A stretch of 63,962 bases of DNA, counting the filler, from Octopus bimaculoides (taxonomy: Eukaryota): NCBI RefSeq assembly GCF_001194135.2. It is 6 parts of 4 records of this genome, joined end to end, with 100 filler letters (N's around TTAATTAATTAA, not from the genome) between each part and the next. Parts side by side here need not be neighbours in the genome. Positions count along the whole stretch, not along the records: positions 20,848 to 29,871 come from NC_068987.1; positions 29,972 to 49,987 come from NC_068993.1; 4 more parts are not named here. One strand, given 5' to 3'. Within the stretch, counting starts at the first letter, position 1. Each line of letters opens with the position of its first letter. Below the pieces are notes generated by a model, which saw only the letters and a program-made list of their open reading frames with translations, did no database searches and was not told the origin of the DNA. The translations under genes were made by a program, and so were the position numbers. This document shows positions 23,156 through 35,859 of the stretch, piece after piece.

Positions 23156-24733
23156 ATGATGGCTGCCCCCTCATTATCGAGTATGGACATTGCACGAGGC
23201 TTAACTGTTATTGGTGCTGTAATCAAATGTGACTTTTTAGCGCAGCTAAAGATCTACAATGTCTTGTACAGAATTGGCAGCTAAAACCGTTACCGGCATT
23301 AGCCGGCTGTAGTTGTAACTGGGCTTCATGTACCTTTGCATGTCATTTAAGTCCTCCCACCAAATTACACTCTCTTCTACATATCTGACAGATATGATTA
23401 GTATGGTGTGTAACACCATACTAATACTGGTTGTCAGTCATCTGCCTCATTTTATGACTACGAAGATGACTCTTGAGTCCAGTTTTACTGAGGCAGGGTC
23501 ATGCACAGATACTGCATGTCAGCATCATAGGAAGACCCTTACCATCTGGAAGTGCAACAGCAATGCCCTCCCATGTGTCAGGAGAGATGCAATCATCTCT
23601 TAATGAAGCCTTCAGCAAGTCCTTATACCTCTTTTTTGGTTTATGTGGTGGTCGTTCTCCTTTAGCTAACTTTCCATAAAAGAGTTGTTTTGGCATCCTT
23701 AAATCCTTCATCCTGACCAGATGACCACTCCATCTAAGCCTTTGCTTTAACACAAGAGCTTCTTTACTTTCACACCGAGACCTTTCCGATATTTGAAGAT
23801 CACTGATGCGATCCTCCCACTTAATGCCATAGATCCGTCTGAGACAGATCTGATGGAAACGTTCCAGTTGTTTAAGGGTGTATCGATATATGACCCACGT
23901 CTCACAGGCATAAAGTAGAGAAAAGAGCACACATGCCTTGCACACCTTTATCTTTGTCTTCCTGCATATGTCTCGCCGACTCCAGAAGCGCCTTTCTAGC
24001 CTTCCGAAAGCATCACTTGCTTTCCTAATTCTATATGGAATTTCATTATCCAAATTGCTATATCTATTAACAGTGCTTCCCAGGTAGACAAACTTATCGA
24101 CTACATCAAGTCTTCTACCATACACATAGATATTTGGTTCACTATACTGCTTATCAGGGGCAGGTTGGTACATGACAACAGTTTTCTTGAGACTGACTGT
24201 CAATCTTAAGGCAGTGCAAGCACCAGAGAATGCGTTCAAAATGTGTTGCATATCAATCTCTGTGTGCGCTACTAGATCACAATCATCTGCATACAAAAGG
24301 TCTCTTATGATAGAGGTAAATACCTTTGTTTTTGCAGCAATACCTTTGTTTTGGTAGCATATTAAATATGCTACCAGAGGTTCGATACTGAATGTGAACA
24401 CCATATCTGCAGTTTCTGAATGCAATACAGAAAAACCATCGCAAAATATATGGCAAATAGGGTCGGTGCCAGAATATCCCCCTGTTTCACTCTATTTTGT
24501 ATTGAGATAGGCTCCGACATTTCCCCTCTAACATTAATCCTACCCTTCATGTCTTCATGAAAAAACCTAACCAAAGCAAAGAACTTTTCAGGACACCCAA
24601 ATTTCTGGAGGACTTTCCACAGTGCATTTCTATTAACGGTATCAAAAACTTTTGTCAGATCGACAAAAAGCTGATATAAATCCAGACCCCGTTCCACACA
24701 CTTTTCCTGAAGGTGTCTAGCTGAGAAGATCAC
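23156..24733 (-). mobile_element. RTE-clade LINE fragment A (RT domain to 3' end)
   Basis: FVDLTKVFDTVNR, VKQGDILAPTLF, LLYADDCDL, LRWSGHLVRM. C-terminal CQFCTRHCRSLAALKSHI zinc-finger remnant. Frameshifted. Confidence 0.9.
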
Positions 24734-25111
24734 NNNNNNNNNNNNNNNNNNNNNNNNNNNNNNNNNNNNNNNNNNNNNNNNNNNNNNNNNNNNNNNNNNN
24801 NNNNNNNNNNNNNNNNNNNNNNNNNNNNNNNNNNNNNNNNNNNNNNNNNNNNNNNNNNNNNNNNNNNNNNNNNNNNNNNNNNNNNNNNNNNNNNNNNNNN
24901 NNNNNNNNNNNNNNNNNNNNNNNNNNNNNNNNNNNNNNNNNNNNNNNNNNNNNNNNNNNNNNNNNNNNNNNNNNNNNNNNNNNNNNNNNNNNNNNNNNNN
25001 NNNNNNNNNNNNNNNNNNNNNNNNNNNNNNNNNNNNNNNNNNNNNNNNNNNNNNNNNNNNNNNNNNNNNNNNNNNNNNNNNNNNNNNNNNNNNNNNNNNN
25101 NNNNNNNNNNN

Positions 25112-25162
<51 letters not shown>

Positions 25163-25227
25163 CACACACACACACATACACACACATACATGCACACACA
25201 CACACACACATATATATACATATATAT

Positions 25228-26466
25228 ATGGTGATTGCTTCATCTTGCAGATGATTGCCATTTCCCCATCAACCATCATCAGCTCCAAACGTCCGCCCAT
25301 GACCACTTAGGTAGCTTTTAAGTCTAGATTTGCATGGTCTGCAGCAAACGTAACAGGCATGAGATGTGCCCTCTATTGGATTTATTGGGTCAGCTTGTGG
25401 GATGTCATCCTTATGTACCCTCATATGCCTTTTAAGACTAGATATTGATTTGCAGATCCTTTTGCACAGCACACATGTCTCACCTAGCATTGGAGGGACG
25501 GAGCTGCTTATAGTTGGCTTTTTTGTGACTTTAAATGTTATAGAACAGTAAACGACCATACACCTCACAAATCCAGCTCACTGTGTTCTTATTGATGTTC
25601 ATACTGTGGCTTTTTCGAAGCTGGCGCTTAAGTTTTTCATGATCAAGACATCTCTCTTCAAACATTCTACCGCCTTTCTTCACATATCCTCTCCATTTAC
25701 CCGTCTTTAAAGGAAGCACTTCCCAGTTCTGATCTTCATTTTTCTTGGTTTGTGTTGAGTGCATTTCCCAGTGTGCAATTGACTGTAAAATAGTTGCTTT
25801 GGGAGTATTTCCTCATTCACGCGCACAACATGGCCTACCTAATGCATTTGAGAGGATATGATAGTAGATTCAATGCTCATGAAGCCAGCATCTATTAGGA
25901 TTTGCGTGTTTGGTCATTTCTGTTGCCATTTGATGTTTAGGATTCTTCTTAAACACTTTTGGTTAAAGTGTTCAAGCAAATAAAGGTGCTTACTATGTAC
26001 TGTCCACATTTCCAAAGTGTACAACAGAGCACTTAGAATGCAGGCCTTGTACACACTAATCTTGGTCTTGATATTGATGCCTTGAGTTTGCTACACTCTC
26101 TTTTCAAGTTTTCGAAAGGCTACAGAGGCTTTCTGAACGTGCAGGCGTATTTCTGCATACAGTGAACCATCCTTTGATAATGTACTACCCAGGAAAACAA
26201 AAGTGTCGACTACACCCAATCTAGTTCCACGTACCATTATATTTAAATTGATATATACTTCCCCTGGTGATGGGGTGAAAATTACCTTGGTCTTTTTAAA
26301 ATTAATTTCCATGCCAAAAGCATTACAAGATGCTGCAAGACATTTCATGATGTGTTGCATGTCATCCAAAGAGTGAGCCATAAGGTCAAAATCGTTTGCC
26401 TGCAAGAGTTTTCTAATTAATATTTGAAATACCTTGGATTTGAAATTGAACCTTCTTAGGTCAAAG
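25228..26466 (-). mobile_element. RTE-clade LINE fragment B (RT C-terminal half to 3' end)
   Basis: LLQANDFDLMAHSLDDMQ...INFKKTKV...FVFLGSTLS...KASVAFRKLEKRV. The tail has CVLCKRICKSISSLKRHMRVH (C2H2-like). Confidence 0.85.
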
Positions 26467-26475
26467 ATATATGTG

Positions 26476-26510
<35 letters not shown>

Positions 26511-26995
26511 NNNNNNNNNNNNNNNNNNNNNNNNNNNNNNNNNNNNNNNNNNNNNNNNNNNNNNNNNNNNNNNNNNNNNNNNNNNNNNNNNNNNNNNNNN
26601 NNNNNNNNNNNNNNNNNNNNNNNNNNNNNNNNNNNNNNNNNNNNNNNNNNNNNNNNNNNNNNNNNNNNNNNNNNNNNNNNNNNNNNNNNNNNNNNNNNNN
26701 NNNNNNNNNNNNNNNNNNNNNNNNNNNNNNNNNNNNNNNNNNNNNNNNNNNNNNNNNNNNNNNNNNNNNNNNNNNNNNNNNNNNNNNNNNNNNNNNNNNN
26801 NNNNNNNNNNNNNNNNNNNNNNNNNNNNNNNNNNNNNNNNNNNNNNNNNNNNNNNNNNNNNNNNNNNNNNNNNNNNNNNNNNNNNNNNNNNNNNNNNNNN
26901 NNNNNNNNNNNNNNNNNNNNNNNNNNNNNNNNNNNNNNNNNNNNNNNNNNNNNNNNNNNNNNNNNNNNNNNNNNNNNNNNNNNNNNNNNNNNNNG

Positions 26996-28417
26996 GCCAC
27001 CTGCACGGGAGCCAGTCCAGTGGCACTGGCAACGACCTCGCTCGAATGATTTTCTAACGTGCCACCAGCACAAGAGCTAGAGGGCGACGCTGGTAACGAT
27101 TCCACTCAAATGGTGCTGTTTACGGGCCACTAGCACGGGAGCCAGACAGCTTCTCTGGCAATGAACACACTCGGACAGTGCTGTTAGTGCTCCACTGGCG
27201 CAGGTGCCAGTCATCGAGTATGGTTCAATTACGATTTCGATTTCACTTGCCCCAACAGGTCTTCGCAAGTAGAGTTTAGTGTCCAATGAAGGAGAGGTTG
27301 GCATGGGTACCAGTCATCGGATTCGGTACGATTTCGATTTCAGATTTCAGATTTCAAATTTCAAATTGCAAATTCACTTGCCTCAACAGGTCTTCGCAAG
27401 CAGAGTTTTAGTGTCCAATGAACTAAAGATACGAATAAGTGAGCTGGCTACACTTCTGGCAGAAGTCACAGATTATGCTCTCACTTGCTTTGCCGGGTCC
27501 TTTCACGTACTGCATATTTCCAAAGGTCTCGGTCACTGGTCATTGCTTCGGTGAGGCCTAAAATTTGAAAGTCGTGCTTCACCACCTCATCCCAGGTCTT
27601 CCTGCATCTAACTCTTCCACAGGTTCCCTCAACTGCTAGGGTGTGGCACTTTTTCACACAGCTATCCTCATTCATTCTTGCCACATGTCCATACCAGCGC
27701 AATCGTCTCTCCTACACACCACAACTGATGCTTCTTAGGTCTAACTTTTCTCTTAAGGTACTTACACTCTGTGAAGTATGCACACTGACATTACACATCC
27801 ATTGGAGCATACTGGCTTCGTTTCTTGTGAGCTTACGCATGTCCTCTACAGTCACGGCCCATGTTTCACTGCCATGTAGCATGGCTGTTCGTACACATGC
27901 GTCATACAGTCTGCCTTTTACTCTGAGTGAGAGGCCCTTTGTCACCATGAGAGGTAAGAGCTCTCTAAACTTTGCCCAGGCTGTTCTTATTTTAGCAGTT
28001 ACACTTTCAGTGCACCCTCCCCCACTACTAACTTGGTCACCTAGATTGTGGAAGCTATCAACTATGTCTAGTTTTTCTCCCTGGAATGTGTTTTCTGCAC
28101 ATTTTCAGTATTTATTGTTCCTGAGCATCTGCCACATACAAAAACTATCTTGCTAGTTAGCCTTCCTTTGATATTGCTGCACCTCTTATGTGTCCATAGC
28201 TTACACTGGGTACATCTTATGAAGTTTCTACCTACGCCTATTCTACAGATCCACCAGGGCCATCTACCTGAAGGGGTTTGTGTTTTGTCTACCTTCCTAC
28301 TTATTAGGACTTTGGTTTTAGCTAGGTTGACTCTAAGGCCCTTCGATTCTAATCCTTGCTTCCACACCTGAAACTTCTTCACTTGTTCTGATAGTGACTC
28401 AGCAATTAGGGCAAGGT
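26996..28417 (-). mobile_element. RTE-clade LINE fragment C with PHD-like insertion and tandemly repeated 3' UTR
   Basis: GLRVNLAKTKV, KGRLYDACVRTAMLHGSETW, RWYGHVARM...RKTWDEVVKHD. Cys/His cluster at 28125-28256. 65-bp tandem units at 26996-27216. Confidence 0.85.
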
Positions 28418-28947
28418 CTCATATATATATATATATATATATANNNNNNNNNNNNNNNNNNNNNNNNNNNNNNNNNNNNNNNNNNNNNNNNNNNNNNNNN
28501 NNNNNNNNNNNNNNNNNNNNNNNNNNNNNNNNNNNNNNNNNNNNNNNNNNNNNNNNNNNNNNNNNNNNNNNNNNNNNNNNNNNNNNNNNNNNNNNNNNNN
28601 NNNNNNNNNNNNNNNNNNNNNNNNNNNNNNNNNNNNNNNNNNNNNNNNNNNNNNNNNNNNNNNNNNNNNNNNNNNNNNNNNNNNNNNNNNNNNNNNNNNN
28701 NNNNNNNNNNNNNNNNNNNNNNNNNNNNNNNNNNNNNNNNNNNNNNNNNNNNNNNNNNNNNNNNNNNNNNNNNNNNNNNNNNNNNNNNNNNNNNNNNNNN
28801 NNNNNNNNNNNNNNNNNNNNNNGTTGGTTCATGATATATATGTACATGTGTATGTATGTATGTATGTATGTATGTGCGTGTACATGTGTGCGCGTATGCA
28901 TCTGTGTACATGCGTATGCATGTGTGCATGCCTATACACATGTATGT

Positions 28948-29020
28948 ATATACAAGAATAAGGGCAGGGAATCGTCAATTAATAATTAATTGACGATTCC
29001 CTGCCCTTATTCTTGTATAT
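28948..29020. repeat. Perfect 36-bp inverted repeat with 1-nt spacer
   Basis: ATATACAAGAATAAGGGCAGGGAATCGTCAATTAAT-A-ATTAATTGACGATTCCCTGCCCTTATTCTTGTATAT. Confidence 0.95.
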
Positions 29021-29249
29021 TTTATATTTGATACCTCTAAGTTAGGTGGCTAAACCGTAATCCCTTCACACGGGACTTTTTTCACACGGGACTATTTGTG
29101 ACGCACATGGAATAGATTTCTTTGAGATGGGATGCCTGAACTCACTAACCGATGAATTCGTAAGTGCCTTTCTTATCGTTGATTTTTGGTGTCGCATGGC
29201 CAAGAATTACAGTGAATTTTTTTAGAGACACTTTCAAATTTATCAGAAT

Positions 29250-29312
29250 ATCGAACTGAGGATTGGAATAGGGATTTTTCATTCTCTTAACCATGAAACG
29301 ATCGTATCCGAT
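29250..29312 (+). ncRNA. Minimal type I hammerhead ribozyme motif
   Basis: Stem I ATCGAA/TCCGAT (one mismatch), core CTGAGGA (29256-62), imperfect stem II, GAAAC-GATC-GTA with an intact GUA cleavage triplet (29304-06). Confidence 0.6.
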
Positions 29313-29578
29313 TAACTAAAGACTTGTTTTGTTTATGCTTTCCCCTCCGGTTTTTTGTTCTATGTGTGCCATAAATATCGCCATCCATTTAGAGAAAAAT
29401 TTGTAGTTTAGAATCAGTAGTTCTTTGACTGCTATTTCTAAATTTTCAGTATGTTGGAGAAGCAACTCAATGCTAATCCCTGTATATTTATGTATGTATA
29501 TATGTATATATGTATGTATGTGAGTATGCCCATATGTACTTATGGATGTACGTGAGTAATAGGGTAAGTGTGTAGACG

Positions 29579-29621
<43 letters not shown>

Positions 29622-30504
29622 ACATGTGAATGTATGTTTATGTACTGATATGTGCGTCAGTTCAAGTTGTATACATGACAGTTACTTTGTTGAAGGTTGT
29701 ATATACGCACATATATACATATGCATATACACATATGTAAACACGCCTCTCCTCTAACCAAGCTATCTTTAATAAGCATAAGGAAACCTACAATATCGCA
29801 CTACATAAGGCAGGATTTAACCATAAAATTAAATTCATCGATTCCAATAACCATAAAAAAGACCCAACTATNNNNNNNNNNNNNNNNNNNNNNNNNNNNN
29901 NNNNNNNNNNNNNNNTTAATTAATTAANNNNNNNNNNNNNNNNNNNNNNNNNNNNNNNNNNNNNNNNNNNNTTTGTACCATGGAGGAATGTAGTGGCGGA
30001 CAGAAAACAAGACAGAAAAAAAACGGAAAAGAAAACAAGACAGGAAAACAAACGGAAAAGGCTATACGGCCAGACGTGAAAAATTATGTGTATATTGAAC
30101 GCTGTGAAGCAACGAACTGGAAGCGGGACGAGGTAAGTTCGTATGTTTGCTCGGCGATAGCCAAGGAAGAAAAGAATTAGTAACTGGACACATGTGACCA
30201 GCGAGGGGTAAGGAAGAGAGAAAGTGGTAGAGGGAGAAACAAGTGGAGGAAGTAGAAAATAGGTGAGCAACGAGAGAAAGAGAGGAAGGGAGAAATATAG
30301 TAGTAACAGAAGGAAGAACGAGAGGGGGAAAGAGAGAGATACGTAGTAACAGAAGGAAGAACGAGAGGGGGGGAAGATATTAGAGATAGAGATAGATAGA
30401 GTCGCGTCAGAAAATATAAAGTTCAAAAACTTACTTACAGGGATGTATATATATATATAATTACTGTTCTTCTATGCACATAAAAACAAGATATATTTCC
30501 TCCA

Positions 30505-30665
30505 AGGAGATCAGCTAACGGAATCGTTAGAGCGTCGGTTAAATTGAATCAATTGCATTACGATAATCATTCCAAGTGTCTACAATCTGAGTTCAAATCC
30601 CGCATTTGCCTTTCATCTTTTCAAAGCCGATAAATAAAATACCAGTTACGTACAGGGATCGATTC
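30505..30665 (+). mobile_element. SINE family A, diverged
   Basis: CTGAGTTCAAATCCCGCATTTGCCTTTCATCTTTTCAAAGCCGATAAAT. Confidence 0.6.
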
Positions 30666-30873
30666 TTCTCTCTCACTTTTACTTCCTGTCTGTCAGCTTA
30701 TCCCACTTTCTTGGTGAAGTCACCTGTGGTCGGACATGGATAGGGATAGTCTCTGTCAAGTCTAAAATTGTTCAAGCTTCTGAGAATGTCACGGAAGCGC
30801 TCCTTCGATTCCATCAATAAGATAAGGGCCCTAGGCAACTAATAACAAAATTTATCATGTATCTCTTAATCTT

Positions 30874-30910
<37 letters not shown>

Positions 30911-31084
30911 NNNNNNNNNNTCTCTCTCTCTCTCTCTCTCTCCCTCTCTCTCTCTACTTCTGATACAACGCCTCACGTTATTTTCAGCGGTATTCTGTTG
31001 TGAGTTCAAACGAAGGATTCCAAGCCCACCGATACATATGTGTGTGTGTGTGTGTGTGTTGATTGCTATTTCTTTATAGAAGGA

Positions 31085-31750
31085 GGCCATCTCTTCAATT
31101 AATAAATGTTGTCATGAGATTTCATGACAGGTAACACCTGTTGTATAGCTGTCTTGGGTATCCGTCCTTCAAGAGATTGAAACACGTGACCTGCATGCCT
31201 CACTCTTCTGCCACAATCTCTGGCTTTTCTCAGGACTTCAGAAGTTATGTTTCTGTTCCTATAAGTGATCTTGAGTATTCTACAGAGAGTTCGCATAAAA
31301 CCCAGCAACAACAACAACAACGACAATGCAACAATCAATAAATGGTGATATCTTTGTTATAGGTATAAAGGAAAAGTTTCTTTTCAAAGCCATTTTGCGG
31401 GAAGACTGTCAAGGATTTCAAAATGGCGGACGGAAACTTGATTTTCATTCATGAAGTCTAAGCCAAGTATAGAAGCTTATTGATTGTTAATGGACACTGG
31501 AATATCGAAGCCATCACGACAGCGAAAAGGAACAATTTTCGATATGACTCTGTTAAATGCTATGATTTGCGTGACTTCAATAGGATTTAGACAGTTCTGA
31601 TTCTTTTATATTTGGTGATATCCATGCTGTTTCTGATTGTCCCTCCTTTCAAAGCCTGCATTGATTTGATATCGTTTCCATCCTTAGTTTTATATAATGT
31701 ATTTATCGGAGATGTTTACATTTTGGGAGATAACAATCCGTGAGGTTTTC
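31085..31750 (-). mobile_element. Old LINE (RTE-like) RT C-terminal remnant
   Basis: MRTLCRILKITYRNRNITSEVL...RHAGHVFQ resembles the LINE L-x-x-x-L-x-I-x-W...R-W-x-GHV region. Confidence 0.5.
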
Positions 31751-32399
31751 TATCTTCCCTCTCATTTACATCTATCTCTAATCTTAAATAAAGCCATTTA
31801 CCTGCAAGTTAAGTCTCCCACAAGTTCAACCATATAGCTCTTACTGCGTTAGGGTTTGCTTACCATGCATGTAAAGACTGGATCCAGCTAACACTGCAGA
31901 CAAAACCGCCATGGTTCAATGGAGAGACAGATATCTGCAGAAACGCATTGTGGAGTGCAGAGAACAAGCTGAGGCAAGCAAGATATCAGGGTCATCCACT
32001 GCACCCGTTTCCCTACCCAGTCGTCTTGACCTGGTCTTGCCACGGAATTGAAGGTGGTCCCCGACTAGAGAGTGAGGGTGACCGTGCATAACTCTTCTTC
32101 ATTAGAGTCGATACTGCTTGGCACCAGTGTTTATGCTGGTATTACTGCCAATGCAAAAATCCACAAGAGAAGTCAGCCTGCCTGACTTCTCAAACATTTC
32201 TGCCATTCTCCACTCTAGACTGGTAATTTTTCTATCAACTTCCAAAGGATATAAAGCTAAGCTCGATTTCAGTTCTGAGAGCAGAGTCGGAACAAATACC
32301 GCGAGACATTCTGTCCAATTCTATAACCACTCTACGGCCAATTTGTCGCCATACTTCACCTGCACTACATACTAATAAAACGCTTGTCTTCTATACAGG

Positions 32400-32660
32400 G
32401 CTAAGGTCTGCCGTGAGCCCTGCGACTCATAAGGCCGGAGATTAAACCTGTTTCACAACATTTCCCTCTCAACGGACCGCCGGTCCTTCACAGGATTAAA
32501 TTCCCAACTATTGCTAGAAATGATTTACAGCTGAGTGGACTGGAGCAACGTGAAATGAGGTGTTTTGCTCTAGAGCACATCGCACCGCCTGATCCGGAAA
32601 TCAAAAGCATTATTTTACGATCGTGAATGGTACACCCTAACCACTAAGACACTCGCAGCT
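32400..32660 (-). mobile_element. tRNA-derived SINE family C
   Basis: Minus-strand head GTCTTAGTGGTTAGGGTG, then CATTTCACGTTGCTCCAGTCCACTCAGCTG. Related to 5105-5245. Confidence 0.6.
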
Positions 32661-34179
32661 TCCCACAAAATACACCAATTAACTGGAACTGAAGATGGTA
32701 CCTATTTCCAGCTGAGTGGCCTGACACCATTTAAGAGCTAAGTGTCTTGGCGATGGTCACAGTAAAATGTAGACTGATTTCCATTTATCCATTTAATGTC
32801 TACGTTTTCAGTATGGATTATATTCTGCCAAACGTCATCATTCTAAAGTACATTGAAGCCATAATCTTCGCTTCTTCTTCGAAATTAAATTATTTCATAG
32901 TTGTCTTTCGCTCCAATCATTCATTGCTGATTCAGTTTAATCGCATTATTTGATCCTTTCCGTCATTACAACAAACAAAGAACTCCGATTGTCAGCTCTC
33001 GTTTTCTCCAACAGGTTTGTTAGCTCTTCAACGAAACCTGTCACTAGAATGAAAAGACTTAATCAGAAGTTTTCTGTTATTTGTTGTACATAGACCACTC
33101 ACTCTGTCTTCTATCTCATCACTCTTCGGTCCTATCTATCTAGGTTTTCTATCTGTCTATCCATTTAGCTGGAATTCATGCATCTTTCTTTCTTTTTCTC
33201 TCTTTTCCTTTCCCTCTCTCTCTAATTATAGTATATATAATTCTATTTATCACTGTATATATNNNNNNNNNNNNNNNNNNNNNNNNNNNNNNNNNNNNNN
33301 NNNNNNNNNNNNNNNNNNNNNNNNNNNNNNNNNNNNNNNNNNNNNNNNNNNNNNNNNNNNNNNNNNNNNNNNNNNNNNNNNNNNNNNNNNNNNNNNNNNN
33401 NNNNNNNNNNNNNNNNNNNNNNNNNNNNNNNNNNNNNNNNNNNNNNNNNNNNNNNNNNNNNNNNNNNNNNNNNNNNNNNNNNNNNNNNNNNNNNNNNNNN
33501 NNNNNNNNNNNNNNNNNNNNNNNNNNNNNNNNNNNNNNNNNNNNNNNNNNNNNNNNNNNNNNNNNNNNNNNNNNNNNNNNNNNNNNNNNNNNNNNNNNNN
33601 NNNNNNNNNNNNNNNNNNNNNNNNNNNNNNNNNNNNNNNNNNNNNNNNNNNNNNNNNNNNNNNNNNNNNNNNNNNNNNNNNNNNNNNNNNNNNNNNNNNN
33701 NNNNNNNNNNNNNNNNNNNNNNNNNNNNNNNNNNNNNNNNNNNNNNNNNNNNNNNNNNNNNNNNNNNNNNNNNNNNNNNNNNNNNNNNNNNNNNNNNNNN
33801 NNNNNNNNNNNNNNNNNNNNNNNNNNNNNNNNNNNNNNNNNNNNNNNNNNNNNNNNNNNNNNNNNNNNNNNNNNNNNNNNNNNNNNNNNNNNNNNNNNNN
33901 NNNNNNNNNNNNNNNNNNNNNNNNNNNNNNNNNNNNNNNNNNNNNNNNNNNNNNNNNNNNNNNNNNNNNNNNNNNNNNNNNNNNNNNNNNNNNNNNNNNN
34001 NNNNNNNNNNNNNNNNNNNNNNNNNNNNNNNNNNNNNNNNNNNNNNNNNNNNNNNNNNNNNNNNNNNNNNNNNNNNNNNNNNNNNNNNNNNNNNNNNNNN
34101 NNNNNNNNNNNNNNNNNNNNNNNNNNNNNNNNNGAAGAGGAAAGGGGGCAAAACGAAGAGGAAATTGAAGAAAGGGCGA

Positions 34180-34266
34180 GAAGAAGAAGAAGAAGAAGAA
34201 GAAGAAGAAGAAGAAGAAGAAGAAGAAGAAGAAGAAGAAGAAGAAGAAGAAGAAGAAGAAGAAGAA
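34180..34266. repeat. (GAA)n microsatellite
   Basis: Directly visible. Confidence 0.97.
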
Positions 34267-35859
34267 ACTACAACAAACCCTTTTTAATCGATTCTCTTAG
34301 TTTTCTTGTTGAGTATTTCAGACAAATGACAGTTTTTAATAAATACACCCTATTGAACATGATATTCATCCAAATATATTATAATATAGTGTGTGTGTGC
34401 GTGTGAGTGTATATTTGTATGCGTTAATCCATGTGCAATAAATTTAGCTGAAAAGTCGCTAATCAAATTTCTTCAATGTTATCCATATAAATACTTCAGA
34501 AGCAATAAGCTAGAAATATACACTTTTTAAACTACTTCACCGGATTTAAGATGTCTATAGATTTGCTTCTCAAATCAATTTTATTACATATATATTATGT
34601 AGGTATGTACACTGTATGTACCGACCAACGCCTTGTGAGTAGATTTGGTAGATGGAAAATTGAAAAGTAGCACTTTGAAAATCTAGATAAACCTTGACTT
34701 CATGAAACTCGTTAGTCTCTAAGCGTGAGACATTCTTTTAATTGTCTTCGTTGCTGTTCAACCCTACGTAAACCTTGACCGAGTAAACCTATAATTAAAG
34801 GATTTCCAACAGTGACAATGCCATCTTTAGTTCGGGTATAATGTATCTAAAACAACACAATTCGCTACGCCCTTCTGTTGTTTTTAAGACAGTAGGGTGT
34901 GGATTGAAGAATATATGATTACTATTTCTTGCATGTCCAGCGACCGGACAAAGCTGCTCTTGTTAGCTCGAATTGTAATATATTTAAACTAGAAGCTGAT
35001 ATTACCTTTCGGACTAAGGTGTGATTTACACGTAGTAACTACACCTCATGCCGTAGCTTATTCAGTCAGTCAGTGTTGTACTTAGCTTAAGATACCTAAT
35101 ATAATAAATAGCATTGATTATTCTCATTGGCGCCAGGCTGCAATTTGTTGGTGATGAGAGTGTAAACGATCGATTGCATCGGCTCTAGTTTACAACTGGT
35201 ATTTGTTTTACTGACATCGAAGTGAAGGTGTAACGCGGGATTTGATCTCAAATTTCAGATCTACGTTATAAACTAAATGCTACATGTTCACGCTGAACAT
35301 CATACATATCTATTATATATTGGAACAACACTACGAACTTAAAAAGATGGGTACAGAGTTTCTATCGATCAATAGAATATCACTGGTATTCACTTTGTCA
35401 ATTATGGAGGAATTAAAAATCAAGATAGTACCACTGGAATTTGAAACCAGAATAAAATGCGCTATATAAATCAAATGCCTCAAAAAACATGTTCACGTAA
35501 TATCATTGTGTAGACCCGTTAAGGCATTAGAAAAATACAATATTTTACAATATTCGTTTCGGTTCTTCATGGAAGTTCATTTCCCTCCGAGTTCAACTTA
35601 ACTTTTCATCCCTCTGGTGTCGATACAGCAACGTGCCAGACAAGTTCTAGGATCGAATCCATAGTAATGCCCCTCCCCTCGAAATTGCTTATATTTTACC
35701 TAAATCAGAAGCCATTGCTCTGCTTTGTTTTTTTTGTTTTTTTGTTGTTTTTTTGTCTTTTTTGTCTTTGCTTTAATTTATGCAAATTGCACCCAAGTCT
35801 TCAACCAGAGACATCAAGGGACAAGATAACACACGAAGAGCCATACAATTGAAAAAAAC

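Noticed and set aside
26996-27216. CRISPR-like reading of regularly spaced repeats
   Set aside because: Eukaryotic context, no cas genes, and the units are diverged tandem copies without unique spacers.
29980-30138. Plus-strand ORF ending at GAG|GTAAGT donor
   Set aside because: Adjacent to a gap, low-complexity purine-rich, with no acceptor or homology evidence.
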